Shown here one piece after another: positions 37,522 through 47,367 of a stretch of 64,000 nucleotides of DNA. Position numbers and translations under genes: made by a program. Location: assembly GCA_026786275.1 (NCBI GenBank), contig JAJAYJ010000170.1, positions 9,561-73,560 on the forward strand, given 5' to 3'. Under the pieces are notes generated by a model. It worked only from the letters and a program-made list of their open reading frames with translations, did not search any database and was not told the origin of the DNA. Position 1 is the stretch's first letter, and each line of letters starts with the position of its first letter. This DNA comes from Nocardioides sp. (GTDB taxonomy: Bacteria > Actinomycetota > Actinomycetes > Propionibacteriales > Nocardioidaceae).

Positions 37522-38618
37522 CGGGCCACCTCGCCCTGGTCGGCGATGGCGTCGTACTGCTTCTTCAGCTCGGGGTCGACCGCGGCCAGCTCCTCGGCCA
37601 GCCCCACCATCACCAGGCACTGCTTCAGGGAGGCGTCGTCCTCCATCTTGCCGTCGAGCATCACCGCGCCGGTGCCGTCACCCATGGCGGCGACCACCCG
37701 GCGGGCGTGCGTGACGTCCTGCACCGAGGGGCTGAAGACGCGGTGGGCGATCGCGATCTGCGTGGGGTGCAGGCTCCAGGTGCCGACGCAGCCGAGCAGG
37801 AAGGCGTTGCGGAACTGGTCCTCGCAGGCCACCACGTCGGCGATGTCGCCGAACGGGCCGTAGTAGGGGTAGATGCCGTTGCTCACGCAGGCATCGACCA
37901 TCCTGGAGATCGTGTAGTGCCACAGGTCCTGCTGGTACGACGCACGAGCGGCGTGGATGGCCTCCCCGCTGCCGTCCGTGGGGTCCTCTCGGACCAGGTA
38001 GCCCGGGTGTCCGCCGCCGACCCGGGTGGTCTTCATCCGCCGGTCCGCGGCCAGGTCGGCGGGGCCGAGGGAAAGGCCCTGCATGCGCGGGCTGGCCGCG
38101 CAGATCTCCTCCACGTTGACCATGCCGCGGGCCGTCTCGAGGATCGCGTGCACCATCAGGGGCCTGGTCAGCCCGGCCTTGGCCTCGAGCTGGGCCAGCA
38201 GCCGGTCGACGTAGTGGATGTCCTCGGCGCCCTCGACCTTGGGCACCATGATCACGTCGAGCTGGTCGCCGATCTCGGTGACCAGGGTGGTCAGGTCGTC
38301 GAGGCCCCACGGGCTGTCGAGGCTGTTGACGCGGGTCCACAGCTGTGTCGGCCCGCGGCCACCGCCGAGAGCCGCGGTGTCCCGGGCGATCCGCACCAGG
38401 CCCTCGCGGGCCGCCAGCTTGTGGTCGGCCTTGACGGCGTCCTCGAGGTTGCCGAGCAGCACGTCGACCCTACCGACCATGCCGGGGATTTTGGCCGCCA
38501 TCTTCGGGTTGCTGGGGTCGAAGAAGTGGATGGCCCGGGTGGGGCGGGCCGGGATCTCGGTCAGCGGGGTTGGCGCGCCCACGGCGAGCGGGCGGAAGAA
38601 GTCCTTGGCACTGCGCAT
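37518..38618 (-). CDS. Malyl-CoA/beta-methylmalyl-CoA lyase-like (CitE superfamily)
   Basis: FFRPLAVGAPTP, GNLEDAV, ILET, SLGPADLAA, WSLHP, GKMEDDA; start ATG 38618 or GTG 38639. Confidence 0.8.
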   Translation of the reverse strand: MRSAKDFFRPLAVGAPTPLTEIPARPTRAIHFFDPSNPKMAAKIPGMVGRVDVLLGNLEDAVKADHKLAAREGLVRIARDTAALGGGRGPTQLWTRVNSLDSPWGLDDLTTLVTEIGDQLDVIMVPKVEGAEDIHYVDRLLAQLEAKAGLTRPLMVHAILETARGMVNVEEICAASPRMQGLSLGPADLAADRRMKTTRVGGGHPGYLVREDPTDGSGEAIHAARASYQQDLWHYTISRMVDACVSNGIYPYYGPFGDIADVVACEDQFRNAFLLGCVGTWSLHPTQIAIAHRVFSPSVQDVTHARRVVAAMGDGTGAVMLDGKMEDDASLKQCLVMVGLAEELAAVDPELKKQYDAIADQGEVAR

Positions 38619-38670
38619 GCGCGCGAAGTTAGCAGTCACCGACCTCTCGCCGGTATGACGGATCCGACAC

Positions 38671-38958
38671 TCAGCGTGCCCGCTGCCACCAGCGCCGCGT
38701 GCTCGACGTCGGGGCGGCGCCCGACGCGGCCCGCTGCGCCGCGAGCCGCGTCGTACGACGCTGCCGCCAGGCCTCGACCTCGGCGTCCACGTCGCGCGGC
38801 ACGGTCACCAGGGGTGGTCCCTCGGGGGCGCGGTAACGGGCGGCGACGACCCGGGTCCCGAAGTCCTCGAGCACCCGGCGCACCTCGGCCTCGGACGTGA
38901 AGGTGTCGAGCCGGGCGTCGAGCTCGTCCCCGCGGCGCTCACGCTCGTCGTCGGTCAT
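38671..38958 (-). CDS. Small hypothetical protein resembling the C-terminal part of DUF1992 proteins
   Basis: SEAEVRRVLEDFGTRV...GPPLVTVPRDVDAEVEAW; RBS GGAGGTGAGG. Confidence 0.55.
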   Translation of the reverse strand: MTDDERERRGDELDARLDTFTSEAEVRRVLEDFGTRVVAARYRAPEGPPLVTVPRDVDAEVEAWRQRRTTRLAAQRAASGAAPTSSTRRWWQRAR

Positions 38959-39025
38959 GCTCACCTCACCTCCAGGACTCCGAGATGACGAGGTGGGTCG
39001 GTGCGCCGGTCCCTGGTCTGCCGGG

Positions 39026-39640
39026 TCAGATGGTCCACCGGCCACGATGCAGCACGTCCTCGAGCGGACGCCGGGCCCGTCGGCGCGACGACCCGCCGCT
39101 GCCGGTCTCGGGGTCGCTGGCCCGGTGGCCCATGGCGACGACGCCGATCGGGTCGTGGTCGGCCGGGACGCCGAAGGCCCGGCGTACGTGATCCTCGCGT
39201 CGGGGGGGCAGCGCGAAGAAGCAGGCATCCAGGCCGCCGTCGACCGCGGTCTGCAGGATGAGCAGGGCGGCCATCGCGGTGTCGAGGTGCCAGTAGGGCA
39301 TCGACCAGCGCTCCTCGGGCGCCGGCCCGGGCTTGTCGGGCTGGGAGTAACGCTCCACGTAGGCCGCCCGGCTGCTGCACGGCAGCACGATCACCGGAGC
39401 GGTCATCATCCCGGCCAGCCAGGTGTCGGGCGGGCCGTAGTCCGGCCCGGTGCTCGCGGCCCAGAAGCGGCGTACGTCGTCGGGCCGGTCGAGGACCAGG
39501 AACCCCCAGCCCTGGCTGAAGCCGGCACTCGGGGCGTGGGTGGCGTTGCGCAGCGCCCGGTCGACCACGGCCGGGTCGACCGGCTCGTCGGTGTAGCGGC
39601 GGACCATGCGGCGGCGGTCGACGACCTCCTGGAACTCCAT
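39026..39640 (-). CDS. Nitroreductase-family protein
   Basis: RRRMVRRY, APSAGFSQGW, DTAMAAL. Confidence 0.9.
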   Translation of the reverse strand: MEFQEVVDRRRMVRRYTDEPVDPAVVDRALRNATHAPSAGFSQGWGFLVLDRPDDVRRFWAASTGPDYGPPDTWLAGMMTAPVIVLPCSSRAAYVERYSQPDKPGPAPEERWSMPYWHLDTAMAALLILQTAVDGGLDACFFALPPRREDHVRRAFGVPADHDPIGVVAMGHRASDPETGSGGSSRRRARRPLEDVLHRGRWTI

Positions 39641-39677
39641 GCAGGCACTGTGCCCGACGCCGGCTCGCGAGAGGGGG

Positions 39678-40070
39678 CTACGCCTCCTGGTGGACCGACA
39701 GCCGGGGTACGCCGCCGAGGCCGAGCCGGTAGCGGCAGTGCTCGGCGTGGCCGGCCAGGGTGGTCCACAGGGTCGCGTGGGCGGCCCAGGGCAGCGGTTC
39801 GTCGCCGTCGTACCAGCTGGCGCCGAAGGTGATCCACACGGGCACCCACCCGGCCGCGACGTCCCAGGCCCCGCGCTTGGACATCAGCATCCGGCGGCGG
39901 ACCTGGACCGCGAGCCGAGGGCCGTCGGGACAGACCGGCGCGGTCGCGACCGGCCAGACCCGCAGGTCGAGGGCCATCAGCTCCAGCTCGAGGTCGCGCA
40001 ACGCGGCAGGGGCGACCAGGACGGTCGCCACGTTCTCGTGTGGGCGCCTCACGCCCAGCACGCTACTCAC
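39678..40070 (-). CDS. Hypothetical protein
   Basis: GC-typical codon usage, Trp-rich; co-oriented with the nitroreductase. Confidence 0.6.
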   Translation of the reverse strand: MSSVLGVRRPHENVATVLVAPAALRDLELELMALDLRVWPVATAPVCPDGPRLAVQVRRRMLMSKRGAWDVAAGWVPVWITFGASWYDGDEPLPWAAHATLWTTLAGHAEHCRYRLGLGGVPRLSVHQEA

Positions 40071-40210
40071 TCCTCTGAGGTGGCCGGAAGACCCCGGATA
40101 GGGCACCTGCCCGATGTGCGGGCCTACCTCAGGGGGCCAGCGCGGGGCTCACGGACCTGAGCTGCACCAGCCAGGCCGACCAGCACCGACCAGCACCCCG
40201 AGGAGCCGAC

Positions 40211-40327
40211 ATGCACACCAGCGACACCTACCAGGCCGAGATCGAGTACCGCCGCAACCGGATCACGAGCGGCCTCGGCGTCGAGCTGGGGGGAGATCGT
40301 CTCCCTGCTCGGCATCCGGGCGCCTGA
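40211..40327 (+). CDS. Small peptide ORF (MHTSDTYQAEIEYRRNRI...), 3' part probably altered by a deletion
   Basis: AGGAG RBS at 40201; runs into the start of the LuxR-ATPase remnant. Confidence 0.5.
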   Translation: MHTSDTYQAEIEYRRNRITSGLGVELGGDRLPARHPGA

Positions 40328-43048
40328 GAGCCCGGGCCCGGGCCGCGGTGCTGCTTTCCGGCGACGCCGGGGTCGGCAAGACGCGGTTGCTGACCGTACT
40401 GCGCGACCTGGGCCTGACGCAGGGCTGGCAGGTCCGTGCTGGTCACTGCCTCGACTTCGGGGACAGCGCGCTGCCCTACCTGCCGTTCACCGAGATCTTC
40501 GGCCGACTGGCCGCCGACCTGCCCGGCACGGTGGACGCGGTGGCCCGCACCCACCCGGCGCTGGCCCGGTTGGCGCCGGGTCGCCGGATCCTGGGCGAGA
40601 CCGGTCGGGGTGCTGCGGACCTGCGGACCCTGGACCCGGCCGAGCTGATGGAGGGCGTGCACGCCCTGCTCGACGCCGCGGCCGGGACGGCGCCGCTGCT
40701 GCTCGTCGTGGAGGACGTGCAGTGGGCCGACCCGTCGACCCGCGACCTGCTCACCTTCCTGTTCACCCGGCCCTTCGACGGCCCGGTCGCCGTGGTCGCG
40801 TCGTACCGCTCGGACGACCTGCACCGCCGGCACCCCCTGCGCCGCCAGGTCGCGGAGTGGCTGCGCGTCAGCGGCGTGCAGCGGATCGAGCTGGCACCGT
40901 TGAGCGACGCCGCGGTGCGGCAGCTGATCGAGGAGCTGGTGCCCGCCGGGCTGCGCGAGACGGAGTCGGCGCAGATCGTCGCCCGTGCCGAGGGCAACGC
41001 GTTCTTCGTGGAGGAGCTGGCCAGCGCGGCGTCCGGGCCCGACCGCTGGGTGCCGGCCGACCTGGCCGACGTGCTGCTGGTGCGCCTGGACCGGCTCGAC
41101 GACGCCGCCCGGCAGGTGGTGCGCACGGCCAGTGTCTCGGGCCGCACGGTCGCCCACGCGATGCTGGCCGCTGTCTGCGGCCTCCCCGGGGCGGACCTGG
41201 ACGACGGCCTGCGGCAGGCGGTCGAGATGAACGCCCTGGTGGCCGGGGACGGCGGCTACGCCTTCCGGCACGCGTTGCTCGGCGAGGCGGACTACGACGA
41301 CCTGCTGCCCGGGGAGCGGGTCCGCCTGCACCAGCAGTACGCCGCGGCGTTGAGCGACGGCCGGGCCCGGGGCACCGCGGCCGAGCTGGCCCGGCACGCG
41401 CGGCTGGCGATGGACCGTGACACGGCCCTGAGTGCGAGCATCCGCGCCGAGGACGAGGCGGCGGCCGTGGGCGGGCCGGAGGAGGCCGCGCAGCACTACG
41501 AGCAGGCCCTCGAGCTGCTGTCCGACCCCCGGCGGGTCCTCGACCCGGGTCTCGACGTCTCGGTGCTGGCGGTCCGGCCGCCGAGGCGATGACCGTCTCG
41601 GGTCGCCCGGGCCGCGCGGTCGACCTGCTGGCCGAGCAGATGGACCGGCTGCCCGCCGACGAGCCACCGTCCTGGCGTCCCCGGTTGATGGCCGCTCCGG
41701 CCTCCACCCGGCAGATCATCGAGACCGACGAGGACCTGGTCGCCCTGTCCCGCGAGGCGCTCGCGCTGGTGCCCGCCGGCGCGCTCGGCCTGCGCGCGCT
41801 GGTGCTCGGCGTCCACGCGGCTGCTGGCGGCGGCCGGTTTCGTCGAGGAGGCCCAGGTGGTGGGCCTCGACGCGCTGGCCCTGGCCGAGCAGTGGGGCTG
41901 CCCGAGCTGGCCTCCGAGGCCACCACGACCTTGAGCGGGCAGAAGAAGGCCGGTCCCAAGGAGGCCCTGCGTGCGGCACTGGTCGAGGCGGTCGAGCGCG
42001 CCGTGGGCGCCGGGGCGGTGTACGCCGAGCTGCGGGCGCGCTACCTGCTGGCTGCGGTCAAGGTGGTCGACGGCGAGTGGGACACCGTGCTCGACCTGAC
42101 CGGCGCCCCACCGCACCGGCGCCGCCGGTCCCCGGGGCGCTGCTGCGCAGTGTGCGACTCCTGGTCGAGCACGCCCGTGGCCTGGACGTCGTGCAGCAGG
42201 CGAGGGGGCTGCGGGCCTTCTGGGAGGTCGAGGGCGGGGTGGCGATCAGCTCCGCCGCCGTCGAGATCCAGGACGCCGGGCGTCGTCGCGACCCGCAGCA
42301 GGCGCTCAGCGCCTAGGACGACGTGGTGGAGGTCCTCGGCCGGATCTGGGGCGAGTGGTTCGGCGCCCGGATCCGGCTCGCGGCGACCACGGTCGCCGCC
42401 CTGGCCCGCGCCATGACGCAGCTCAGCGGAACCGAGCGGCACCGGCTGCTCGAGGACGTCGAACGGCTGCCCGCCGACGGCCACGCCGTGCTGCGGCAGT
42501 ACGCCGACCCCTCCGGACACTGGGGCCCCGAAGGTCGGGCCTGGGTCGCGCGCCTGGACGCCGAGTCGCTGCGGGTGCGGTGGCTGACCCGGATCGACCC
42601 GCCCGACCTGGCCGACCTGCTCGCGTCGTGGCGGCAGGCGGAGACCCTCTTCGAGGACGACGGCCACGTGCACGAGGTGGCCCAGGTGCGGCAGGTGCTG
42701 GCCGAGGTGCTCCGCGCCTGCGGGGACGCCGTCGGGTCCCGGCAGTACGCCGACCTGGCGCGGACCACCGCCACCCGGCTCGGGGCCCGGCCGCTCCTCG
42801 ACGTGCTGGACGCCCTGGGCGGCACCCCGGTCCGCGGGGCGGCCTCGAGCCCCGCGACCCTGACCGCCCGGGAGGCCGAGATCCTGGCCCTGGTCGCCGA
42901 AGGCCGCTCCCACGGCGAGATCGCCCGGCAGCTCTTCATCAGCGTCAAGACCGTGTCGGTCCACGTCTCCCACGTGCTGGCCAAGCTCGGCGCCGCGGGC
43001 CGCACCGAGGCAGCCGCCATCGCCCGCCGCGACGGACTGCTGGGCTGA
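40280..43048 (+). pseudogene. Large ATP-binding LuxR-family (AAA+/TPR/HTH) regulator, disrupted
   Basis: Walker A GDAGVGKT, VVEDVQWAD, EGNAFFVEEL, C-terminal LTAREAEIL...SVKTVSVHVS; split over at least 3 ORFs with an internal TAG at 42314. Confidence 0.85.
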
Positions 43049-43103
43049 ACCGCAGCCGGTCCGGGTGGCTGGTCCGGGTGGCCGGTCTGGTCGAATGGTC
43101 GGC

Positions 43104-43880
43104 ATGGACCTCAGGTGCTCGGTCGCCAGCGCGCAGGACGGTGAGGCCCTGGCCGGCACCGCCCCGACCGACGTGACCTGGCTCCTGGTCGAGCAGGCCG
43201 GCGACTGGGCGCCGAAGGTCCCGCTGGCTCGCGCGGACGCCCGGGTGCAGCTGATTCGCCGCCACGGCGGCGGGTCGGGGCCGGGCGTGCGGGTCTTCTG
43301 GGTCGACCTGGGCGCGGGCACGCTCGGCACCACCGTGGTGCGCGACGCTGCCGAGGCGGTCCTGGTCCAGCCCCCCGACCTCACGCCGTACGACGGACCG
43401 CTCTGGCTGGTCTGCACCCACGGCCGCCGTGACGTCTGCTGCGCGGAGCGCGGGCGTCCGGTGGCCGCCGCCCTCGCCGAGCGGTGGCCGCAGGAGACGT
43501 GGGAGACGACCCACCTGGGCGGGCACCGGTTCGCCGCCACCCTGCTGGCCGTGCCCTCCGGGATCGCCCTGGGCCGGCTGACGCCGCGCAGCGCCGTCGC
43601 GGCGTGCGAGTCCCTCAGGCAAGGACGCCTCGAGCTCGACGTGGTGCGGGGTCGGGCCGGGACACCGGCGATCGCCCAGGTCGCCGAGCACCACCTGAGG
43701 GTCCGCGACGCCCTGAGGGGTCTTGACGACGTCCGGGTGGTGGCCCTCGACGGTGACCGGGTCACCCTGAGCACGCCGGGCGGCACCGAGACGGTCCGGC
43801 TGCGGGCCCAGGAGACACCGCGACGCCAGTCCTGCGGCGAGGACGGCGTGAAACCGGCCACCGCCTACCGTCTGGGTTGA
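43104..43880 (+). CDS. Sucrase/ferredoxin-like (thioredoxin-fold Fe-S) protein
   Basis: GTAP, LVCTHGRRDVCCA, WETTHLGGHRFA, SCG. Confidence 0.85.
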   Translation: MDLRCSVASAQDGEALAGTAPTDVTWLLVEQAGDWAPKVPLARADARVQLIRRHGGGSGPGVRVFWVDLGAGTLGTTVVRDAAEAVLVQPPDLTPYDGPLWLVCTHGRRDVCCAERGRPVAAALAERWPQETWETTHLGGHRFAATLLAVPSGIALGRLTPRSAVAACESLRQGRLELDVVRGRAGTPAIAQVAEHHLRVRDALRGLDDVRVVALDGDRVTLSTPGGTETVRLRAQETPRRQSCGEDGVKPATAYRLG

Positions 43881-43988
43881 CACCGCGCCCGTAGGCTCCG
43901 ACTGCGGCCCACGAGGTTGGTCTGTCGATGCGGGTGGCCGACAATGGCCGTAGAGGGACGGACGGACGGGACGACGAGGAGGGTGGGC

Positions 43989-44564
43989 ATGGCTGCGGAC
44001 AAGGACCGGAACCCGGTGGTCATCGGCCTGGTCGCGCTCGCGGGCGTGGGCCTCGCGGTGGGTCTGCTCGTCAGCGGCGCCGCTCTCGGCGCGTCGCAGT
44101 TCCTCGGTCTCAGTGATGCCGGTTCCGGCGGCACCGGGGGCACCGCCACGGCCCGCGAGTCGATGTTCCTGCCCACGCCCGTGCCGACGCCACAAGACGA
44201 CAGTCCTGCGCTGACCCTGGCGCCCGAGCCGACCCCCGACCTGGCCGCACCCGGCGGCGTGGCCCCGGCGCCGAGCGCCTCCCAGACCCCGGCCGGCATC
44301 ACCCTGTCCGCGTCCACGACGCAGGCCCGCCCGGGTGACGAGATCACGCTCTCGGGGGCCTATCCCGGTGGCGACGGAGCCACGCTGGCCATCGAGCGCC
44401 TGACCGGCGGCACCTGGACGTCCTTCGCCGACGTCACGACGTCGGTCGACGGCGACACGTTCTCGACCTACATCCGCACCTCGCAGCCGGGCGAGAGCCG
44501 GTTCCGGGTCCGTGACCTGGGCAGCGAGCTGGCCTCCAACGAGATCACCTTCACCATCGGCTGA
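43989..44564 (+). CDS. Membrane-anchored protein with a Pro/Thr linker and C-terminal Ig-like domain
   Basis: TM helix; ITLSA...ITLSGAYPG...RFRV...SNEITFTI. Confidence 0.7.
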   Translation: MAADKDRNPVVIGLVALAGVGLAVGLLVSGAALGASQFLGLSDAGSGGTGGTATARESMFLPTPVPTPQDDSPALTLAPEPTPDLAAPGGVAPAPSASQTPAGITLSASTTQARPGDEITLSGAYPGGDGATLAIERLTGGTWTSFADVTTSVDGDTFSTYIRTSQPGESRFRVRDLGSELASNEITFTIG

Positions 44565-44597
44565 GACGGAGGTGGAGGCGACCGCGGCGTGGGCCGA

Positions 44598-45443
44598 TCA
44601 GTCCGGGATGTAGTCGAACGCGTCGGGGTTGGGTCCCGTGCGACCGTCCTCGCCCTGGTCGAGGGCGCTGATCCGGCCGACCTCCTCGGTGCTGAGCGTG
44701 AAGTCGAAGATGTCGAAGTTCTCGCTCATCCGCTCGACGCTCATCGACTTGGGGAACACGATGTCGCCCCGCTCGATGTGCCAGCGCAGCGTCACCTGGG
44801 CCGGCGTCTTGTCGTGCGCCGCCGCGATCTCGCCGATCACCGGGTTGTCGAGCACCTTGCCCTGGGCGATGGGGGACCACGCCTCCACCTCGATGCCGTG
44901 CCGGATCGACGCCGCCCGGGCGGCCTCGTTGGTGAAGTAGGGGTGCACCTCGATCTGGTTGATCGAGGGCACGACCCCGGTCTCCTCGACCAGGCGGTCC
45001 AGGTGGGCGGGCTGGAAGTTGGAGACGCCCACGGAGCGGGCCCGACCGTCGCTCACGAGCTCGGTCAGGGTCTTCCAGGTCGAGACGTAGTCGCCGTCGT
45101 ACAGCGTCGGCAGCGGCCAGTGGATGAGGAAGAGGTCGATCTGCTCCAGGCCGAGCTTGTCCAGCGTCTCGTCGACGGCCCGGCGGGCGTCGTCGGGGCG
45201 GTGGAAGCCGTTGTTGAGCTTGCTCGTGATGTAGAGCTCGTCACGGGGGATGTCGGACGCGGCGATCGCGACCCCGACCTCCTGCTCGTTCTGGTACATC
45301 TGCGCGGTGTCGATGTGGCGGTAGCCGACCTCGAACGCCTTGGTCACGGTGTCGGCCGTCTGCTCCGGTGGCACCTGGAAGACCCCGAAGCCGAGCTGCG
45401 GGATGGTGGTCTGGTTGTTCAGGGTGATCGTGGAAACGCTCAT
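44598..45443 (-). CDS. Aldo/keto reductase (2,5-DKG reductase-like)
   Basis: PQLGFGVFQ, GYRHIDTAQMY, LFLIHWP, GVSNF, NQIEVHPY, FPKS. Confidence 0.93.
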   Translation of the reverse strand: MSVSTITLNNQTTIPQLGFGVFQVPPEQTADTVTKAFEVGYRHIDTAQMYQNEQEVGVAIAASDIPRDELYITSKLNNGFHRPDDARRAVDETLDKLGLEQIDLFLIHWPLPTLYDGDYVSTWKTLTELVSDGRARSVGVSNFQPAHLDRLVEETGVVPSINQIEVHPYFTNEAARAASIRHGIEVEAWSPIAQGKVLDNPVIGEIAAAHDKTPAQVTLRWHIERGDIVFPKSMSVERMSENFDIFDFTLSTEEVGRISALDQGEDGRTGPNPDAFDYIPD

Positions 45444-45603
45444 ACCTACCCACACAATCACCGGGCCGTGAGTATTCCGACCCCTCACCAGGGTGAGCGG
45501 GGGCGGGCGACGTGGATCACACGTTCCCGCGCGGATCGCCGGCCTGATGACGACCGGAGGATCGTGAGGCATGAGCCTGGCGTTCGGGGGTAGGGGTGAG
45601 GCC

Positions 45604-45867
45604 ATGAGCCGACCGTCGATCCCACCCGTCGTCTACGTGCCGACCCTCCACGAGGACGACGGCACCACCCGGGTCCGCATGCAGCGGATGCGTGACGACA
45701 CCACTGCGTTGTTCGTCTACTCCGCTCTCGACCGGCTTCAGGACCAGTACGGCGACGACGCCGGGTGGGTCCTGCTGAGGGCCGACACGCTGGACGACCT
45801 GTACGCGGGCATGCCCTTCGACCTGCTCTTCCTCGATCGCGAGCTGAGCCCGGCGAAGGCCGGCTGA
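45604..45867 (+). CDS. SAV_915/SseB-like small protein
   Basis: PPVVYVPT...MRDDTTALFVYSALDRL...YG...W. Confidence 0.7.
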   Translation: MSRPSIPPVVYVPTLHEDDGTTRVRMQRMRDDTTALFVYSALDRLQDQYGDDAGWVLLRADTLDDLYAGMPFDLLFLDRELSPAKAG

Positions 45868-46160
45868 TGGCCGCCGAGACCGCGATCCCGGCCGGCTTGC
45901 TCGAGAGCCTGCGAGCCACCCTGGGGCAGGGCCGCAGCGGCATCGAGGAGACCGCGGCGTCGGCCCCTGCCGGGATCGACGCCGGCGAGCTGTCGGCGAT
46001 GCTGAGCTCGATGCTGTCCCGGGTCGCCGACAGCGCAGCCCTGGTCTCCGACTCCCTGGAGGCCGTGTCCGCCCAGGTCTCCGAGGTCGGGGCGGAGTTC
46101 TGGAACGTCGACGCGGACGTCGCCGGCGACTACTCGGGTCAGGTGCCCCGTGCCGATTGA
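45867..46160 (+). CDS. Small helical protein (ESX/WXG100-partner-like, 97 aa)
   Basis: TGATG coupling to the upstream gene; amphipathic helices; C-terminal FxxxD. Confidence 0.6.
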   Translation: MAAETAIPAGLLESLRATLGQGRSGIEETAASAPAGIDAGELSAMLSSMLSRVADSAALVSDSLEAVSAQVSEVGAEFWNVDADVAGDYSGQVPRAD

Positions 46161-47331
46161 GACCGAGATCAAGGGGTCACCGTCCTCCATCCGCTCGGCC
46201 GGCACCTGGCTGCGCGACACGCTCGGGCCCGCCGTGGACGGTGGGGTCGACGCCATGAACGGCGCGCGCCAGCTCGCCGCCTCGGACTGGCTGGGCGACA
46301 CCGGCCAGTCCTTCAGCGCGGCGATGTCACGCGGGTCGCACCAGGTCGACGAGGTGCGTGAGGCCGCGACCCACGTGGGCCGCTGCTTCGACGACTACGC
46401 CGGCTCGTTGGCGAGCTGCCAGAGCCGGATGGCCGGCATCCGGGGCGACGCCTCGGCGGCCGGGCTGACGCTCAGCGGCACGGTCATCGAGGACCCCGGC
46501 GCCGGTCCGGGGCGGCCGAGCACCCCGCCGCCGGCCGACGCGCCCGCGGCCACGGTCGGCTCGGATGACGCCGACGTGGCGGCGTACGACGCCCACCAGG
46601 ACCTGATCACCGCCTACCAGGGGCTGGTCGGCCGGGCCGACGAGGTCTGGACCGACGTCGAGCGAGCCTGGGAGCGGGTCTCGGTCAAGGACCGGGCGCT
46701 GGACGGCGCGAGCTGGGTCTTCAGCCTCAGTGATGTCGCCGGAGGGCTCGGTGGCTCGGTGGCCGAGGTGCAGTCCAGCGCCCTGCGCACCACGTCGCAG
46801 TACTTCAAGGAGCTCGGCGACGACTACCTCGCACGGCTGGCCGAGCAGGCCCGCAACGGCACCATCCCGGATGCCGCGAAGTACTACGACGACCTCGACC
46901 ACTACACGCGGATGGCCGGCGCCGCGGACGACGGGTTGAGCCAGGCCTCCCGGCTGGCGCGGCTGGGCAAGGCCGCTCCGGTGGCCCTCGGGGGCCTCCT
47001 GGCCGCGGGCGGCGCCTTCTACGACTGGAAGTACGGCGGTGAGAGCGCCGAGCAGGCCGTTGCGTCGAACGCCGGAGGGTTCGCCGCGTCGATCGCCACC
47101 GGGGCACTGGTGGGGACCGCGATCGGTGGCCCGGTCGGCACGGTCGTCGGCGTGGTCGTCGGCGCCGGTGTCGGGGTGTTCACCTCCGGGATGATCGACG
47201 GGCTCTTCGAGAACGGCGGCGACGTCAGCGATGCCCTGGTGGCCGGGGCGGACACCGTGGTCGACACCGGAGCGGCGTTGGTGGACGTGGGAGGCTCCAT
47301 CGTGGACGGCATCGGTGGGTTGTTCGACTGA
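46150..47331 (+). CDS. WXG100-like N-terminal domain plus C-terminal glycine zipper (putative type VII effector)
   Basis: SDWLGDTGQSF (WxG); C-terminal GALVGTAIGGPVGTVVGVVVGAGVG. Confidence 0.7.
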   Translation: MPIETEIKGSPSSIRSAGTWLRDTLGPAVDGGVDAMNGARQLAASDWLGDTGQSFSAAMSRGSHQVDEVREAATHVGRCFDDYAGSLASCQSRMAGIRGDASAAGLTLSGTVIEDPGAGPGRPSTPPPADAPAATVGSDDADVAAYDAHQDLITAYQGLVGRADEVWTDVERAWERVSVKDRALDGASWVFSLSDVAGGLGGSVAEVQSSALRTTSQYFKELGDDYLARLAEQARNGTIPDAAKYYDDLDHYTRMAGAADDGLSQASRLARLGKAAPVALGGLLAAGGAFYDWKYGGESAEQAVASNAGGFAASIATGALVGTAIGGPVGTVVGVVVGAGVGVFTSGMIDGLFENGGDVSDALVAGADTVVDTGAALVDVGGSIVDGIGGLFD

Positions 47332-47367
47332 CCTGGTGCTGAGCAACCAGCCTCCCCGAAAGGTCCG

